Source: a virus. Taken from it: DNA of 24,424 bases. The DNA lies in the IMG/VR virus record IMGVR_UViG_3300044759_000027, one strand, 5' to 3'. Positions 13,492-21,788 of this stretch are shown piece after piece. Below the pieces are notes generated by a model that made no database searches, was not told the origin of the DNA, and saw nothing but the letters and a program-made list of their open reading frames with translations. Numbering within the stretch: the stretch's first letter is position 1; the number at the start of each line of letters is the position of its first letter. Made by a program: the position numbers and the translations under genes.

Positions 13492-15849
13492 TCAGGATCG
13501 GGTGACCGTCGGCGTGACGGCGACCAGGCGCCGCAGCACATCCTCGAGCGAGAAGCGCACCGTCGACGCGCGCACGCTGTAGCGCGGCGCAAGGCCGCGG
13601 GCGATGTCGATCTCGGTAATCGTGACCTCCTGGATCGTGAGCACTTCCGCGATCGACACGGTCGGGAGGGTGATCGCGATCGGTTTTCCGCTCTTGGTCT
13701 TAACGTCCCGCGTCGCATACTGAACCGTCACGATCGGCTGGGCGAACAGGGCGAGGTCCGCGTCACACCGCGCCGTGAGCGAGTCGACGCCGCGGCGTTG
13801 ATCGATGATCAGGAATTCCACGATGCCGTCGCCGCCGGCGCGCGCGGCCTGCGCCGCCTGCGCCGGGAGGTCGTCGCGTTGGACCCAGATCGCGACGGTG
13901 GACCCCTTCGCAATCGGCGCGGTGACGCCGGTCACGCCGACCAGCATCGGCGCGGGGAAGACCTGACTGCCATAGAGTACCGTGGTCGTGATCGCGCCGG
14001 GGCCCGTCGCGGGAATCCCGGTGAGGGTCCCCCCGCTGACACCGGTGTAGCGCACGACCTGGTCGCGGCCGATGAGGACCCAGCCGCCGGCCGACCGGAA
14101 CGGCGCCGCGCTCGAGACGGGGAGGGCGACCGCGCCGGCGTTGACCTGGCCGGCCACGAGCGTCAGGCCCGAGGTGTCGCCCGTCGGCGCGTTGGCGCCC
14201 AGGGCCGCGTCGGCGGTGCTATCGGTGCCCGCCGTCAGCGTCGTGTTGTCGCTCAGCGTCGCGAGGAGCTTGAGCTGCGATCCGCCCGCGACCGTTCGAT
14301 AGTATTCCCGCGCGGTCGTGCCCGTCGGGCCGGCGACGCGGGCATAGCTGACCCGGTTCCCGCCCGTCGTGTTGTTGACCGTCGGGATCGCGTGGCCCAC
14401 GTTCGCATCCGCGGTGTTGTCGACGTAGAAGCCGCTGGCGTTATCGACGGCGGTGCATTCAAAATAGCCGCCGCCGTTTTTGGATCGATACCAGACGACG
14501 ACGCAGCCGCTCGGCGGGACCGTGCCGGCGTGCATCAACGATTTTTGGAAATAGATGATGTTGTCGCCGGCGGCGGGGACCACCGGTCCCGACGCGGCGG
14601 CCGTGGGCAGGGTTTCGCTCAGGTCCGCGATCCGACGGTGCGTGAGTTTGTAATCGTAGGTCGCGCCGGCGGTCAGCGTGCCGTCGACATAGTCGACGAC
14701 GTTCCGGGCCTGCGTGCCGCCGGTGCCGATCACGGTGGGGTCCGCGATCCCCGTGATCGCGCCGACCGTGATCGACGACAGGGCACTCGGCGTGGTTTTC
14801 CCGGCCGCCGTGACCCAGACCTGCGCGTAGCCATGCACGCCCGATTCGACACCGCTCCCGGGCGCCAGCGCCAGCACGGGGCCATTCGTCGGCGCGGCGC
14901 CCGCCCCCACGAGCGCGCCGTCGCCGCGGCGTTGCACGCTCGCATAGCTCAGGATGTTCGACTGCGCGCCGTCCGGCGTCGCGCCGCTGATCACCTGGCC
15001 GCCGGCGGGCGCGAACTGCGCGCCATCCTGGATCGGGACCAGGGTTTCGCCGGCGAGGAGATCGGCGGCGACGGGCTCACCGTAGCCCTTTCCATACACG
15101 CGCGTCCGAAGTTGCGAGCTGTCCGTCGCCTGCTGGATCGGCGGGTCGTTGAGCGGGGGATGGGCGGCGTCGACCGGGTCGGGCGGCGCGGCGAGGTCCT
15201 CGAGGAATAGGTAGACCGTGAGGTCTTCCACTTTGCAATAGCCGCCGATCGCGGTCGCCAGGCGCGCCAGCGCGGCGATCGTCGTGTCCGTGCCGTCGAA
15301 GGTGATCGACACCGGCGGCAGGCCGGCTTCGATGCCCGCCGTCGAGAAGCCGGCCGGCGTGATCGCCTGGGCGATCGTCGTCGCCGAGGTCAGGACCCAG
15401 GTCCCGAAGGGGCGCCGGGCGTTGGCCCGCGCCGTGTCGTCGATCGCCGTGCAGCGCCAGGCGTGATGGATCGGGAGCCCCTCATAGATTTGCTCGACGG
15501 TCTGGAGCGCGCCGGTAAACAGCAGCGTCCCGCCGGCGAGGGTGATCCGCAGCGATTGCCCGACCGCCGGCGGAAACCCGTCGCCCGACAGCCCTTCGAT
15601 CGTCAGGCGGCAGGTATTGGGAGCATCGTTGAGGATGTCCCGAATCTCCAGGCCGGCGACCCGGACCCGATGCGTCGACAGTGCCCCATCCAGGATGATC
15701 CCGACCTCGGTCCGGGGATCCGGCGTCGGATAGAGATGGCCCTGGGCGGTGATCGGGATCGTGAGCGACGCCGCCAGCGACGCCGCCATCGCGCCGCCGC
15801 GGGCCACGCCGCCGAACACCGCGCCCGCGAAATAGGTGCCACCAAACAT
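13492..15849 (-). CDS. Large distal tail / baseplate-hub-like structural protein, 785 aa
   Basis: Size, position in the tail module, Gly/Thr/Ala-rich beta-type composition, and an FRSAGGWVLIGRDQVVRYTGVSGGTLTGI motif common in tail proteins. Confidence 0.7.
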   Translation of the reverse strand: MFGGTYFAGAVFGGVARGGAMAASLAASLTIPITAQGHLYPTPDPRTEVGIILDGALSTHRVRVAGLEIRDILNDAPNTCRLTIEGLSGDGFPPAVGQSLRITLAGGTLLFTGALQTVEQIYEGLPIHHAWRCTAIDDTARANARRPFGTWVLTSATTIAQAITPAGFSTAGIEAGLPPVSITFDGTDTTIAALARLATAIGGYCKVEDLTVYLFLEDLAAPPDPVDAAHPPLNDPPIQQATDSSQLRTRVYGKGYGEPVAADLLAGETLVPIQDGAQFAPAGGQVISGATPDGAQSNILSYASVQRRGDGALVGAGAAPTNGPVLALAPGSGVESGVHGYAQVWVTAAGKTTPSALSSITVGAITGIADPTVIGTGGTQARNVVDYVDGTLTAGATYDYKLTHRRIADLSETLPTAAASGPVVPAAGDNIIYFQKSLMHAGTVPPSGCVVVWYRSKNGGGYFECTAVDNASGFYVDNTADANVGHAIPTVNNTTGGNRVSYARVAGPTGTTAREYYRTVAGGSQLKLLATLSDNTTLTAGTDSTADAALGANAPTGDTSGLTLVAGQVNAGAVALPVSSAAPFRSAGGWVLIGRDQVVRYTGVSGGTLTGIPATGPGAITTTVLYGSQVFPAPMLVGVTGVTAPIAKGSTVAIWVQRDDLPAQAAQAARAGGDGIVEFLIIDQRRGVDSLTARCDADLALFAQPIVTVQYATRDVKTKSGKPIAITLPTVSIAEVLTIQEVTITEIDIARGLAPRYSVRASTVRFSLEDVLRRLVAVTPTVTRS

Positions 15850-15852
15850 CGC

Positions 15853-16125
15853 TTAGCCTTGCACCTCGACGATCGTCTGCGTGACGTCGTCCAACTGCCA
15901 CTGCTTCGTACTGTCGAGGCCCGCGGCGCGGAACTGCGCGGCCCGCCGCGCGAGAAGCGGCTGCAGCGCCTGCTGGAACCGCTCGTCAAACTCGCGTTGG
16001 ATCTGCGTCAATAGCTGCGCGTGGGCCGCCTGGCGCGCCAGCCGGAACTCGAGCTCGGCGACTTTGACGTCGAGATACCGTGGATGCGGCGACGGGCGGG
16101 GCGGCGGGGCGGGGCGGCGGGCCAT
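15853..16125 (-). CDS. Hypothetical coiled-coil protein, 90 aa (tail module)
   Basis: ATG start, tight spacing with its neighbours, and a heptad-like AELEFRLARQAAHAQLLTQIQREFDERFQQ. Confidence 0.55.
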   Translation of the reverse strand: MARRPAPPPRPSPHPRYLDVKVAELEFRLARQAAHAQLLTQIQREFDERFQQALQPLLARRAAQFRAAGLDSTKQWQLDDVTQTIVEVQG

Positions 16126-16131
16126 AGGGGT

Positions 16132-16938
16132 CTACGGCTCGATCGCGATCTGCTGGGGCACGCCGGTCCCGAAGCGCACCATCAGCCGCGTCTTGCCCAA
16201 GCCGTTGTCCTCCCCGTACAGCCGAAACCCGTTGGCGGCGGGCGCGGCCGGCGCGGTCATTTCGACGCCCGCGAAGAAGCCCGCGAGGATCGTGATGTTC
16301 CCCGTGGCGACGATCGCCTCGCCGGTGCCGCTGGTGTCTAGGATGCGGAGGCCATACTTGCCCGTCTTGAAGTACGCGACATAGTTGTCGGTGTTCGCGG
16401 TGACCCATTGCAGGCCGTTCGCCGTGACGTTCCCATCCGACGCGCTGGAATTGGATAAGAGCGCCACGGGACTCGTCGTCCCGATGCCGACTTTGCCATC
16501 CGCCGCCAGGGTCAGCCGCGGCGTGGTGCCGCCGCTCGCCAGGCGCAGCACGCCCGCGGCATGGGTCGCGGAAATGGAGAGCCCGCCGACGTCGGCCGTG
16601 CCCAGGGCGGGGAAATTCATCCCGGCTTCGATGTCGGTCAACGTCTTCAGCGTGATCGTGACCGCGATGAGGTCCCCGGCGACGATCGTCCGGGCGCTGG
16701 TGCTCTCCTGCGACCGGGCGATCGTCAGCGTGTCGGTACTGCGCGCCGTGACGCGCACGATCTCCGCGGTCGCGGGGTTCGGGATCTCGGTCGCCGGCCA
16801 CACCGTGCAATTGAACGGGGCGGCGGGAAAGCGGGCGCCGTGGCCGGCCGTGACGACCAGCGTCGTCCCGGAGCTCGCCGGGCTGGGCGGCGTCGCGACG
16901 GCGGTGATCGCGAGATTGGCGTGGGCGTCGAAGGCCAT
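16132..16938 (-). CDS. Tail fibre / receptor-binding-like protein, 268 aa
   Basis: The N-terminal GHGARFPAAPFNCTVW...AEIVRVTARSTDTLTIARSQESTSAR motif is typical of phage fibre N-termini. The rest is Gly/Thr-rich. Confidence 0.65.
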   Translation of the reverse strand: MAFDAHANLAITAVATPPSPASSGTTLVVTAGHGARFPAAPFNCTVWPATEIPNPATAEIVRVTARSTDTLTIARSQESTSARTIVAGDLIAVTITLKTLTDIEAGMNFPALGTADVGGLSISATHAAGVLRLASGGTTPRLTLAADGKVGIGTTSPVALLSNSSASDGNVTANGLQWVTANTDNYVAYFKTGKYGLRILDTSGTGEAIVATGNITILAGFFAGVEMTAPAAPAANGFRLYGEDNGLGKTRLMVRFGTGVPQQIAIEP

Positions 16939-17363
16939 CAGGACACCATCACCGTGAGGTCGCCGGCCACGATCACCGGCGCCGGGTCCCCCGCCCGGAT
17001 CGTCCGCGGGACCGCGAGCGGCCCCTGTAGCAGCAGGTTGCCCCCATGATCGAACACCCCCAGATGGGTCACCGTCCCCCAGTCGGCGGTCGGCGCGGGA
17101 AACGTGATCGCGGCGGCCGTCCGGGTCAGGCCGCCGGTCCCACTGCTCGTGCCGGTGCCGCCCTGCGTCGCCAGCCAGTCGTTGTTGCCGACGGGGTAGA
17201 TCACGCGGGCATAGCTGCCGGCCGCGGGTTCCGTCACGCCGCCGGCCTCACTGGGCGCGGCCGTGAACAGCCCGACCGAGAACCAGGACGGCTTGGGGAA
17301 GATCGTCGCGCGGAACAGGTGATCGATGAGTTGGTTTTCGAGATAGTCAGTGGCGGAGGCCAT
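16938..17363 (-). CDS. Minor tail protein, 141 aa
   Basis: Immediately downstream of the tape measure. YLENQLIDHLF...GSYARV...WGTVTHLGVFD pattern seen in minor tail proteins. Confidence 0.55.
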   Translation of the reverse strand: MASATDYLENQLIDHLFRATIFPKPSWFSVGLFTAAPSEAGGVTEPAAGSYARVIYPVGNNDWLATQGGTGTSSGTGGLTRTAAAITFPAPTADWGTVTHLGVFDHGGNLLLQGPLAVPRTIRAGDPAPVIVAGDLTVMVS

Positions 17364-17367
17364 GGGG

Positions 17368-18672
17368 TTATGCCGTTCCTACCTGCGTCCCGGCGCGGAC
17401 GGTCTGCATGATGTTGTCGCTCACGCGCTTGGCGATGTTGCTCTCGGTGTCGACGATGTTGTAGGTGTTGTGGAACGTGTGCCCGCCCCCGCCGCCGCCC
17501 AGCTTCCCAAGGTTCGCGATCTGGTCGAGTTGGGACTGCGTCGTGAAGAGCGAGTTCTGATTCAGGATCGCATTCACCTGCGCGCTGTACTTCATCAGGT
17601 TGATCCACTCCTTGATGGCGTCGCCCGTGATCTGCACCTGCTGCGCGACCCCGGCGTAGCCCTGCACGGCCACGGCGGTCGACGCGGCCGCCGCGGCCCC
17701 GCCCGCCGTATGGGCCTGGGCGAGCGCATCGGTCGCGGCGGTCAGCGCGTCTTGTTCGGTGAGGTATGCGGCTTCCGCCGCCGCCGTCGCTTCGACCGCC
17801 GCCGTCGCTTTCACGTTGGCCGCGATCCAGTTGGCCGCGGCGTCGTTCTTCTTCTTCATCTCCGCCGTGACCATCGCCGCGCGATCCGCTTCCATGATGG
17901 CGAGCTGGTTGGCGTTCGAGACGTCGCTCATCAACTTCTCGTACGTCTTGTCGAGGGCGGCCGCCTCGGCGCGTTGCTGCTCGAGGGCCTTGGTATGGAC
18001 GTCGGCCGCCTGGCCGGCGAGCTTCTGCCGCTCACCCAGCACCCGCAGGCCATCGGCCGTGACCCCAAACGCTTTGGTGATCTGCTCCGTCGTCGCGTGG
18101 TTCTTCTGGGCAATCGCGATCGCGTCGATCGTGGCCGCGGACAGGCCGCGGACATTCTGCTGAGCGGCGGCGAGCCGTTCCGACGAGACCGCATAGGCGT
18201 CGTTCTGGTCCTGGATGTCCTGGACAAATTCTCGCGTCTGCGCCGCCGTGCCGGTGGCGGCGGCCGACCATCCCATCCACGCCTCGATGTTCTTTTGAAT
18301 CGCGTCCGTCCAGCCGGTGGTCTCGCCGATCCAGGTGCCGATCTTCCAGCCCGTCATCCCCGCGGCGAAGATCGCGGCCCCGGTCGCCATGACCCCGATT
18401 TGACTGGCGGTCTTGCCGGCCATCGCGGCCATCTCGCCGAGGCCCGAGGTGTACTTGCCGACATTGATGCCCGCCGACGCGAGCATCTGATCCACCTGGG
18501 TAATGGACCCGTGGAGCGTATTGATCGGCCCCACGGGGGCGGTGCCCATCTCATTGAGGGAGGCCTCGACCTTGACGGCGCCGCCCTCGAGCCCCTTGAG
18601 CGACACTTCCGCCTTCTGCGCCGCGGTGTAGAACGCGGAGAAGTCCGCCTGGAGGACGCCCGTGACCGCCAT
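17368..18672 (-). CDS. Tape measure protein, 434 aa
   Basis: Ala/Gln-rich helical protein with hydrophobic segments, located after the chaperone and before the distal tail genes. Confidence 0.8.
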   Translation of the reverse strand: MAVTGVLQADFSAFYTAAQKAEVSLKGLEGGAVKVEASLNEMGTAPVGPINTLHGSITQVDQMLASAGINVGKYTSGLGEMAAMAGKTASQIGVMATGAAIFAAGMTGWKIGTWIGETTGWTDAIQKNIEAWMGWSAAATGTAAQTREFVQDIQDQNDAYAVSSERLAAAQQNVRGLSAATIDAIAIAQKNHATTEQITKAFGVTADGLRVLGERQKLAGQAADVHTKALEQQRAEAAALDKTYEKLMSDVSNANQLAIMEADRAAMVTAEMKKKNDAAANWIAANVKATAAVEATAAAEAAYLTEQDALTAATDALAQAHTAGGAAAAASTAVAVQGYAGVAQQVQITGDAIKEWINLMKYSAQVNAILNQNSLFTTQSQLDQIANLGKLGGGGGGHTFHNTYNIVDTESNIAKRVSDNIMQTVRAGTQVGTA

Positions 18673-18676
18673 CTAG

Positions 18677-19179
18677 TTAGCTCGCTTCATGGGTGACCAT
18701 CTCGATCAGGAGCTCATAGACGTCAGCGTCGAGGTCACGGACCCACTCGTAGCGCCAGCCGCAGTGGGCGGCGAGCTTGAGGTCACTAAGGACATGACTA
18801 CGCCAGGTCGGGTTTTTTTTTCGGCCGCGCGTTCCGCGTCCATCGCCGCCTCGTGCGCGTCGATCGCCTGCCGGATCTCGTCGAAGTCCTCGGCGGCGAG
18901 CTGGTCGAGCGTCTGCTCGAGCGCGGCGAGCGGGACGTCGCGGATCGCCACGGTCTGCCCGTCGTGATCGCGCAGGGACCAGTCGAGCAGGTACGCCGTG
19001 ATCGTCGAGAGGCCGACTTGCATCGGGTTGACGGTAAATTTGCCGTCCACGCCCGCCAGATACATGCGCGCGAAGCGCGCGCGGCGTTCGCCGGCGGTGA
19101 GCCGGGCGCGGACCACTAGCGTGTCGCCGTGGCTGATCGTCAGCGTGCGGACGTCTGGCCGGATAAAACGCGAGTCCAC
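18677..19179 (-). CDS. Tail assembly chaperone, predicted -1 frameshift product (GT-like), about 167 aa
   Basis: After GAA AAA AAA, the -1 frame reads NPTWRSHVLSDLKLAAHCGWRYEWVRDLDADVYELLIEMVTHEAS and stops (TAA) 5 nt before the tape-measure ATG. Confidence 0.55.
18706..19179 (-). CDS. Tail assembly chaperone, zero-frame product (G-like), 157 aa
   Basis: GTG preceded by GGAGGGG. Lies between the major tail protein and the tape measure. Contains the A9 slippery run at codons 120-122. Confidence 0.7.
   Translation of the reverse strand: MDSRFIRPDVRTLTISHGDTLVVRARLTAGERRARFARMYLAGVDGKFTVNPMQVGLSTITAYLLDWSLRDHDGQTVAIRDVPLAALEQTLDQLAAEDFDEIRQAIDAHEAAMDAERAAEKKTRPGVVMSLVTSSSPPTAAGATSGSVTSTLTSMSS
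18813..18821 (-). other. A9 homopolymer (T9 on the plus strand): A_AAA_AAA slippery heptamer / recoding signal
   Basis: Counted 9 T at 18813-18821. Zero-frame codons are GAA AAA AAA ACC. Confidence 0.65.
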
Positions 19180-19451
19180 GTCCCCTCCCCTTCTAGGCGG
19201 CCGAGCTGGGCCGTCAGCTTTCCATTCACGAGATCAAACGCCTCGATCGGCCAGCGCCACACGCCGCCCTGGTAGGGCGCTTCAAACAGCAGGGGCCGTT
19301 GCGTCAACTTGAACGCATCGGCCATCACCACGGTCGCAGTCAGGGCCCATTTGTCGTGGTGGGGCTGCTCGCGCCGCACGACCCGGTAGCCTTCGATCAC
19401 CGCGGCGCGGTAATAACTCCACTTCACGATCCCGACGACACCGCGCAGCAT
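19140..19451 (-). CDS. Hypothetical protein, 103 aa, between the major tail protein and the chaperone
   Basis: ATG start. Its 3-prime end overlaps the chaperone ORF by 40 nt, and the chaperone is in its -1 frame. Confidence 0.5.
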   Translation of the reverse strand: MLRGVVGIVKWSYYRAAVIEGYRVVRREQPHHDKWALTATVVMADAFKLTQRPLLFEAPYQGGVWRWPIEAFDLVNGKLTAQLGRLEGEGTWTRVLSGQTSAR

Positions 19452-19458
19452 CGTCCGA

Positions 19459-19860
19459 CTAGGGCTCCATCACCCACGGGCCGGCGCCCTTGAACTTGCC
19501 TTCGTGCGTCACCGCGCCACTCGCGCTGCAATCGATCGACCCGTCGAGATACGCCAGGCCCTTCCAGAGGTACGTGGGATCAACCAGATCCGGCACCAGG
19601 TGCAACATCACCGCAACCGCGCCACCAATGGCATCGAAGATCACCATGTAGGAGGCCTTGTCGTAGCATCCCTTGTACGAGCCCCCTATGTCCCTCAACC
19701 CAGCCACGGACTGCTTCTCTGTGTCGCCGAAGCAAGTTACGTCCACGAAATCTCTCGTCATCTCGAGCGTGAATGCGTTGATACTCGCGACCTCCACGAC
19801 GGTCGCGCCGCCGGTCGGGTCCATCAAGATTTGTCCGCGGTTGCCATGTATGCGCGCCAT
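19459..19860 (-). CDS. Major tail (tube) protein, about 133 aa
   Basis: Size and position. INAFTLEMTRDFVDVTCFGD...GGSYKG pattern of small siphovirus tube proteins. ATG at 19860 with GGAG 6 nt upstream. Confidence 0.7.
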   Translation of the reverse strand: MARIHGNRGQILMDPTGGATVVEVASINAFTLEMTRDFVDVTCFGDTEKQSVAGLRDIGGSYKGCYDKASYMVIFDAIGGAVAVMLHLVPDLVDPTYLWKGLAYLDGSIDCSASGAVTHEGKFKGAGPWVMEP

Positions 19861-19863
19861 CAC

Positions 19864-20334
19864 TCACTCCGTTTCTGAGAACACCTGGTCATCGGGAACC
19901 TGCCGCGCGACCTCGGGGGCCGGCGTGACGATCACTTCGTAGCGGCCGCCGCGGTGCTGCCAGCGGTTCGCGCGGTCGACGTCGTCGAGCTGGATCTCCC
20001 GCACGAACCCAACCCGCCGCGTCAGCGTGTGGTCATAGCCGGCGATCGTTAGCAGGACGTCCTGCAGGAGCTCGTAGATGCGGGCCTGGGCGGCGTCGCC
20101 ATTCAGATCCGCGGCGGCCTGCTCGACCGCGGCGACGCGCAGTACGAAGCGCTCGAAGGCCGGCCCGCCGAATTGGTACGAGTCCTCGTGCGTCTCGAGC
20201 GTCACGACCACAAACTGCGTCGCCGGCCCCTGGCTCATCCCGAAGAACACCCCGCCGGGCATCAGCGCCAGCAGCGCCGCGTCGGCGGCGAGCGCGGCCA
20301 TCACCGCGACGAGGACCTCGTTGGAGTTGCTCAC
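19864..20334 (-). CDS. DUF3168-like tail completion / neck protein
   Basis: Position after the gp10-like gene. N-terminal LVAVMAALAADAALLALMPGGVFFG pattern. Confidence 0.55.
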   Translation of the reverse strand: MSNSNEVLVAVMAALAADAALLALMPGGVFFGMSQGPATQFVVVTLETHEDSYQFGGPAFERFVLRVAAVEQAAADLNGDAAQARIYELLQDVLLTIAGYDHTLTRRVGFVREIQLDDVDRANRWQHRGGRYEVIVTPAPEVARQVPDDQVFSETE

Positions 20335-20747
20335 GACAGGCGGACCTCGAACCCGGCCCGCCGGATCACGTCCGCCAGATCCCGGTAGAGCGCGGCGCGG
20401 ACCCGGATCATGGTCGGCACCAGCACGTTCGCGGCCGGCATCCGGCCCCGATTCCAGCCGTTTTTCGTTTGGCGCACGCGCGTGCCCTCTTCAAAGAACC
20501 GCGCGTAGCGCGCCTGGCTCTTGACCGCGGCGGCGGTGCCGTAGGTGGCGGCGGGAATCGACACCACCTGCACCTGGGCGCGGAGCTGCCCCGTCTTCCC
20601 GGCGGGGTACTGCGCGACGATCGCGCGCTGCGCCTGCGTCGCCGAATCGCGCACGAGCGTGACGGCTTCCGCCTTGAGCTCGGCCGGGAGCCGTTTGAAC
20701 GCGTCGCGGAGGCCCGCGAGGCCGACGAAGGTCAGGCGCGCGCTCAT
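20331..20747 (-). CDS. HK97 gp10-like neck / tail-attachment protein
   Basis: Trimmed to the ATG at 20747 (ATGA overlap). LAGLRDAFKRLPAELKAEA...YARFFEEGT pattern. Confidence 0.7.
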   Translation of the reverse strand: MSARLTFVGLAGLRDAFKRLPAELKAEAVTLVRDSATQAQRAIVAQYPAGKTGQLRAQVQVVSIPAATYGTAAAVKSQARYARFFEEGTRVRQTKNGWNRGRMPAANVLVPTMIRVRAALYRDLADVIRRAGFEVRLS

Positions 20748-21073
20748 GTCTCCACCGCTAAGACTTCCATCGCGATCCCGCGCGCGTCGGCATTGCGGAC
20801 GCCGGCGACCGCATAGGTGCGCCCGTTGAAGAGCATCCGCGTCGCCGTCGAGACGCCGGGGTGATAGGCCCCGCGGACCAGCACCACGTCTTTCGTGATG
20901 ACGCTGTCGGCGGCGAGGCGCTCCTGGTCGGTGACCGCCGCCGGATCGACGCTGACGTACCACGTCGCCGGCGCCAGGTCCGTCCACGTAAACGTGGCGC
21001 CGCCGTCGCCGTCGGAGACGGGCGGGCCGGGGTCCTGGAACGTCACGAGGTGCCGCGTCTCGCCGATGCTCAT
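20744..21073 (-). CDS. Head closure / head-tail joining protein (SPP1 gp16-like)
   Basis: Trimmed to the ATG at 21073 (ATGA overlap). RHLVTFQ...WTDLAPATWYVSVDP...VLVRGAYHPGV...MLFNGRTYAVAGVRN. Confidence 0.7.
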   Translation of the reverse strand: MSIGETRHLVTFQDPGPPVSDGDGGATFTWTDLAPATWYVSVDPAAVTDQERLAADSVITKDVVLVRGAYHPGVSTATRMLFNGRTYAVAGVRNADARGIAMEVLAVET

Positions 21074-21372
21074 GCGAGGGCCGGATCGCGCGTCCGCATC
21101 AGCAGCAGCGAGATCCCCTCCCAGATATGTTCGTCGGGCACGACGACGACATCGTCGCCGCGGTGCGCCCACAGGTAACCCAGCATCTTGAGCGTCGCGG
21201 CCTGGACGACGTCGGGCGCGGTCGTCTCATCCCAGGCCGGATCGGCGCGCGTGCCGATGTAGTCGTAAATCAACGCGCTCGCGTGTTCGAGCAGCAGCGT
21301 CACTTCCGCATCGCGCGCCGGATCGGTGACGTGGAGATGGAGCTTCGCGTTGGCCAGGGTCTCGAGCGTCAT
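21070..21372 (-). CDS. gp6-like head-tail connector protein
   Basis: Trimmed to the ATG at 21372 (ATGA overlap). MTLETLANAKLHLHVTDPARDAEVTLLLEHASALIYDYIG. Confidence 0.7.
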   Translation of the reverse strand: MTLETLANAKLHLHVTDPARDAEVTLLLEHASALIYDYIGTRADPAWDETTAPDVVQAATLKMLGYLWAHRGDDVVVVPDEHIWEGISLLLMRTRDPALA

Positions 21373-21788
21373 CGGTCGCCCCCGCGCGCATCGCGCCCGC
21401 GCTTCACCATCAGCTGCCAGTCGGCCGACGTGCCCGGGGTGCCGGTCGTGGGGCGGCTGCAATGCCAGGCCGAGCCGCCCGCCGTGACGACGTCGCCCGG
21501 GTCGTAGGTCTTGCCGGCGACATGCACCCCGAGGTACTGCAGGCCGGGGAGGCCGTCCTTGCCGTCGAGGCCATCACGGCCGGGCGGGCCGGGCGGCCCC
21601 GGCAGCGGCGCGCGGACCTCGAGCGCCTCGAGGCGCGTGCCAAGGGCGCCGAGCGAGGCGTGCAGGGTGTCGAGCGAGATGGCCACGCGCCCACCACCCA
21701 CCTCGAGCTCGGCGACCCTCAGCGCCATTGGGCCCAGCAGGCCCCGGATCGTCTGCCCCAGATGTTCCGCCAGGACCTCAGGCCGCAT
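21369..21788 (-). CDS. Collagen-like repeat protein with an N-terminal coiled coil and a C-terminal CBM5/12-like motif, 139 aa
   Basis: Seven contiguous G-X-Y triplets, GPPGPPGRDGLDGKDGLPGLQ, then YDPGDVVTAGGSAWHCSRPTTGTPGTSADWQL. Confidence 0.7.
   Translation of the reverse strand: MRPEVLAEHLGQTIRGLLGPMALRVAELEVGGGRVAISLDTLHASLGALGTRLEALEVRAPLPGPPGPPGRDGLDGKDGLPGLQYLGVHVAGKTYDPGDVVTAGGSAWHCSRPTTGTPGTSADWQLMVKRGRDARGGDR

Noticed and set aside
13798-15210. 470-aa plus-strand ORF (and, similarly, 17350..18696 plus)
   Set aside because: These are antisense to the 785-aa tail gene and the tape measure. Their R/G/D-rich composition marks them as shadow ORFs.
13492-16938. Diversity-generating retroelement target in the tail or fibre genes
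   Set aside because: There is no reverse transcriptase gene in the circle, and I noticed no template/variable repeat pair.
18706-18812. Zero-frame C-terminus of the chaperone as the only real product
   Set aside because: It is a low-complexity Ser/Thr/Ala tail, and its GC3 by hand count is lower than that of the -1 frame. I kept it as a feature but regard the -1 product as at least equally likely.
21540-21610. Short periodic DNA repeat that could be mistaken for a tandem repeat or CRISPR
   Set aside because: It is the coding sequence of the G-X-Y collagen triplets. There is no repeat-spacer architecture anywhere in the window.
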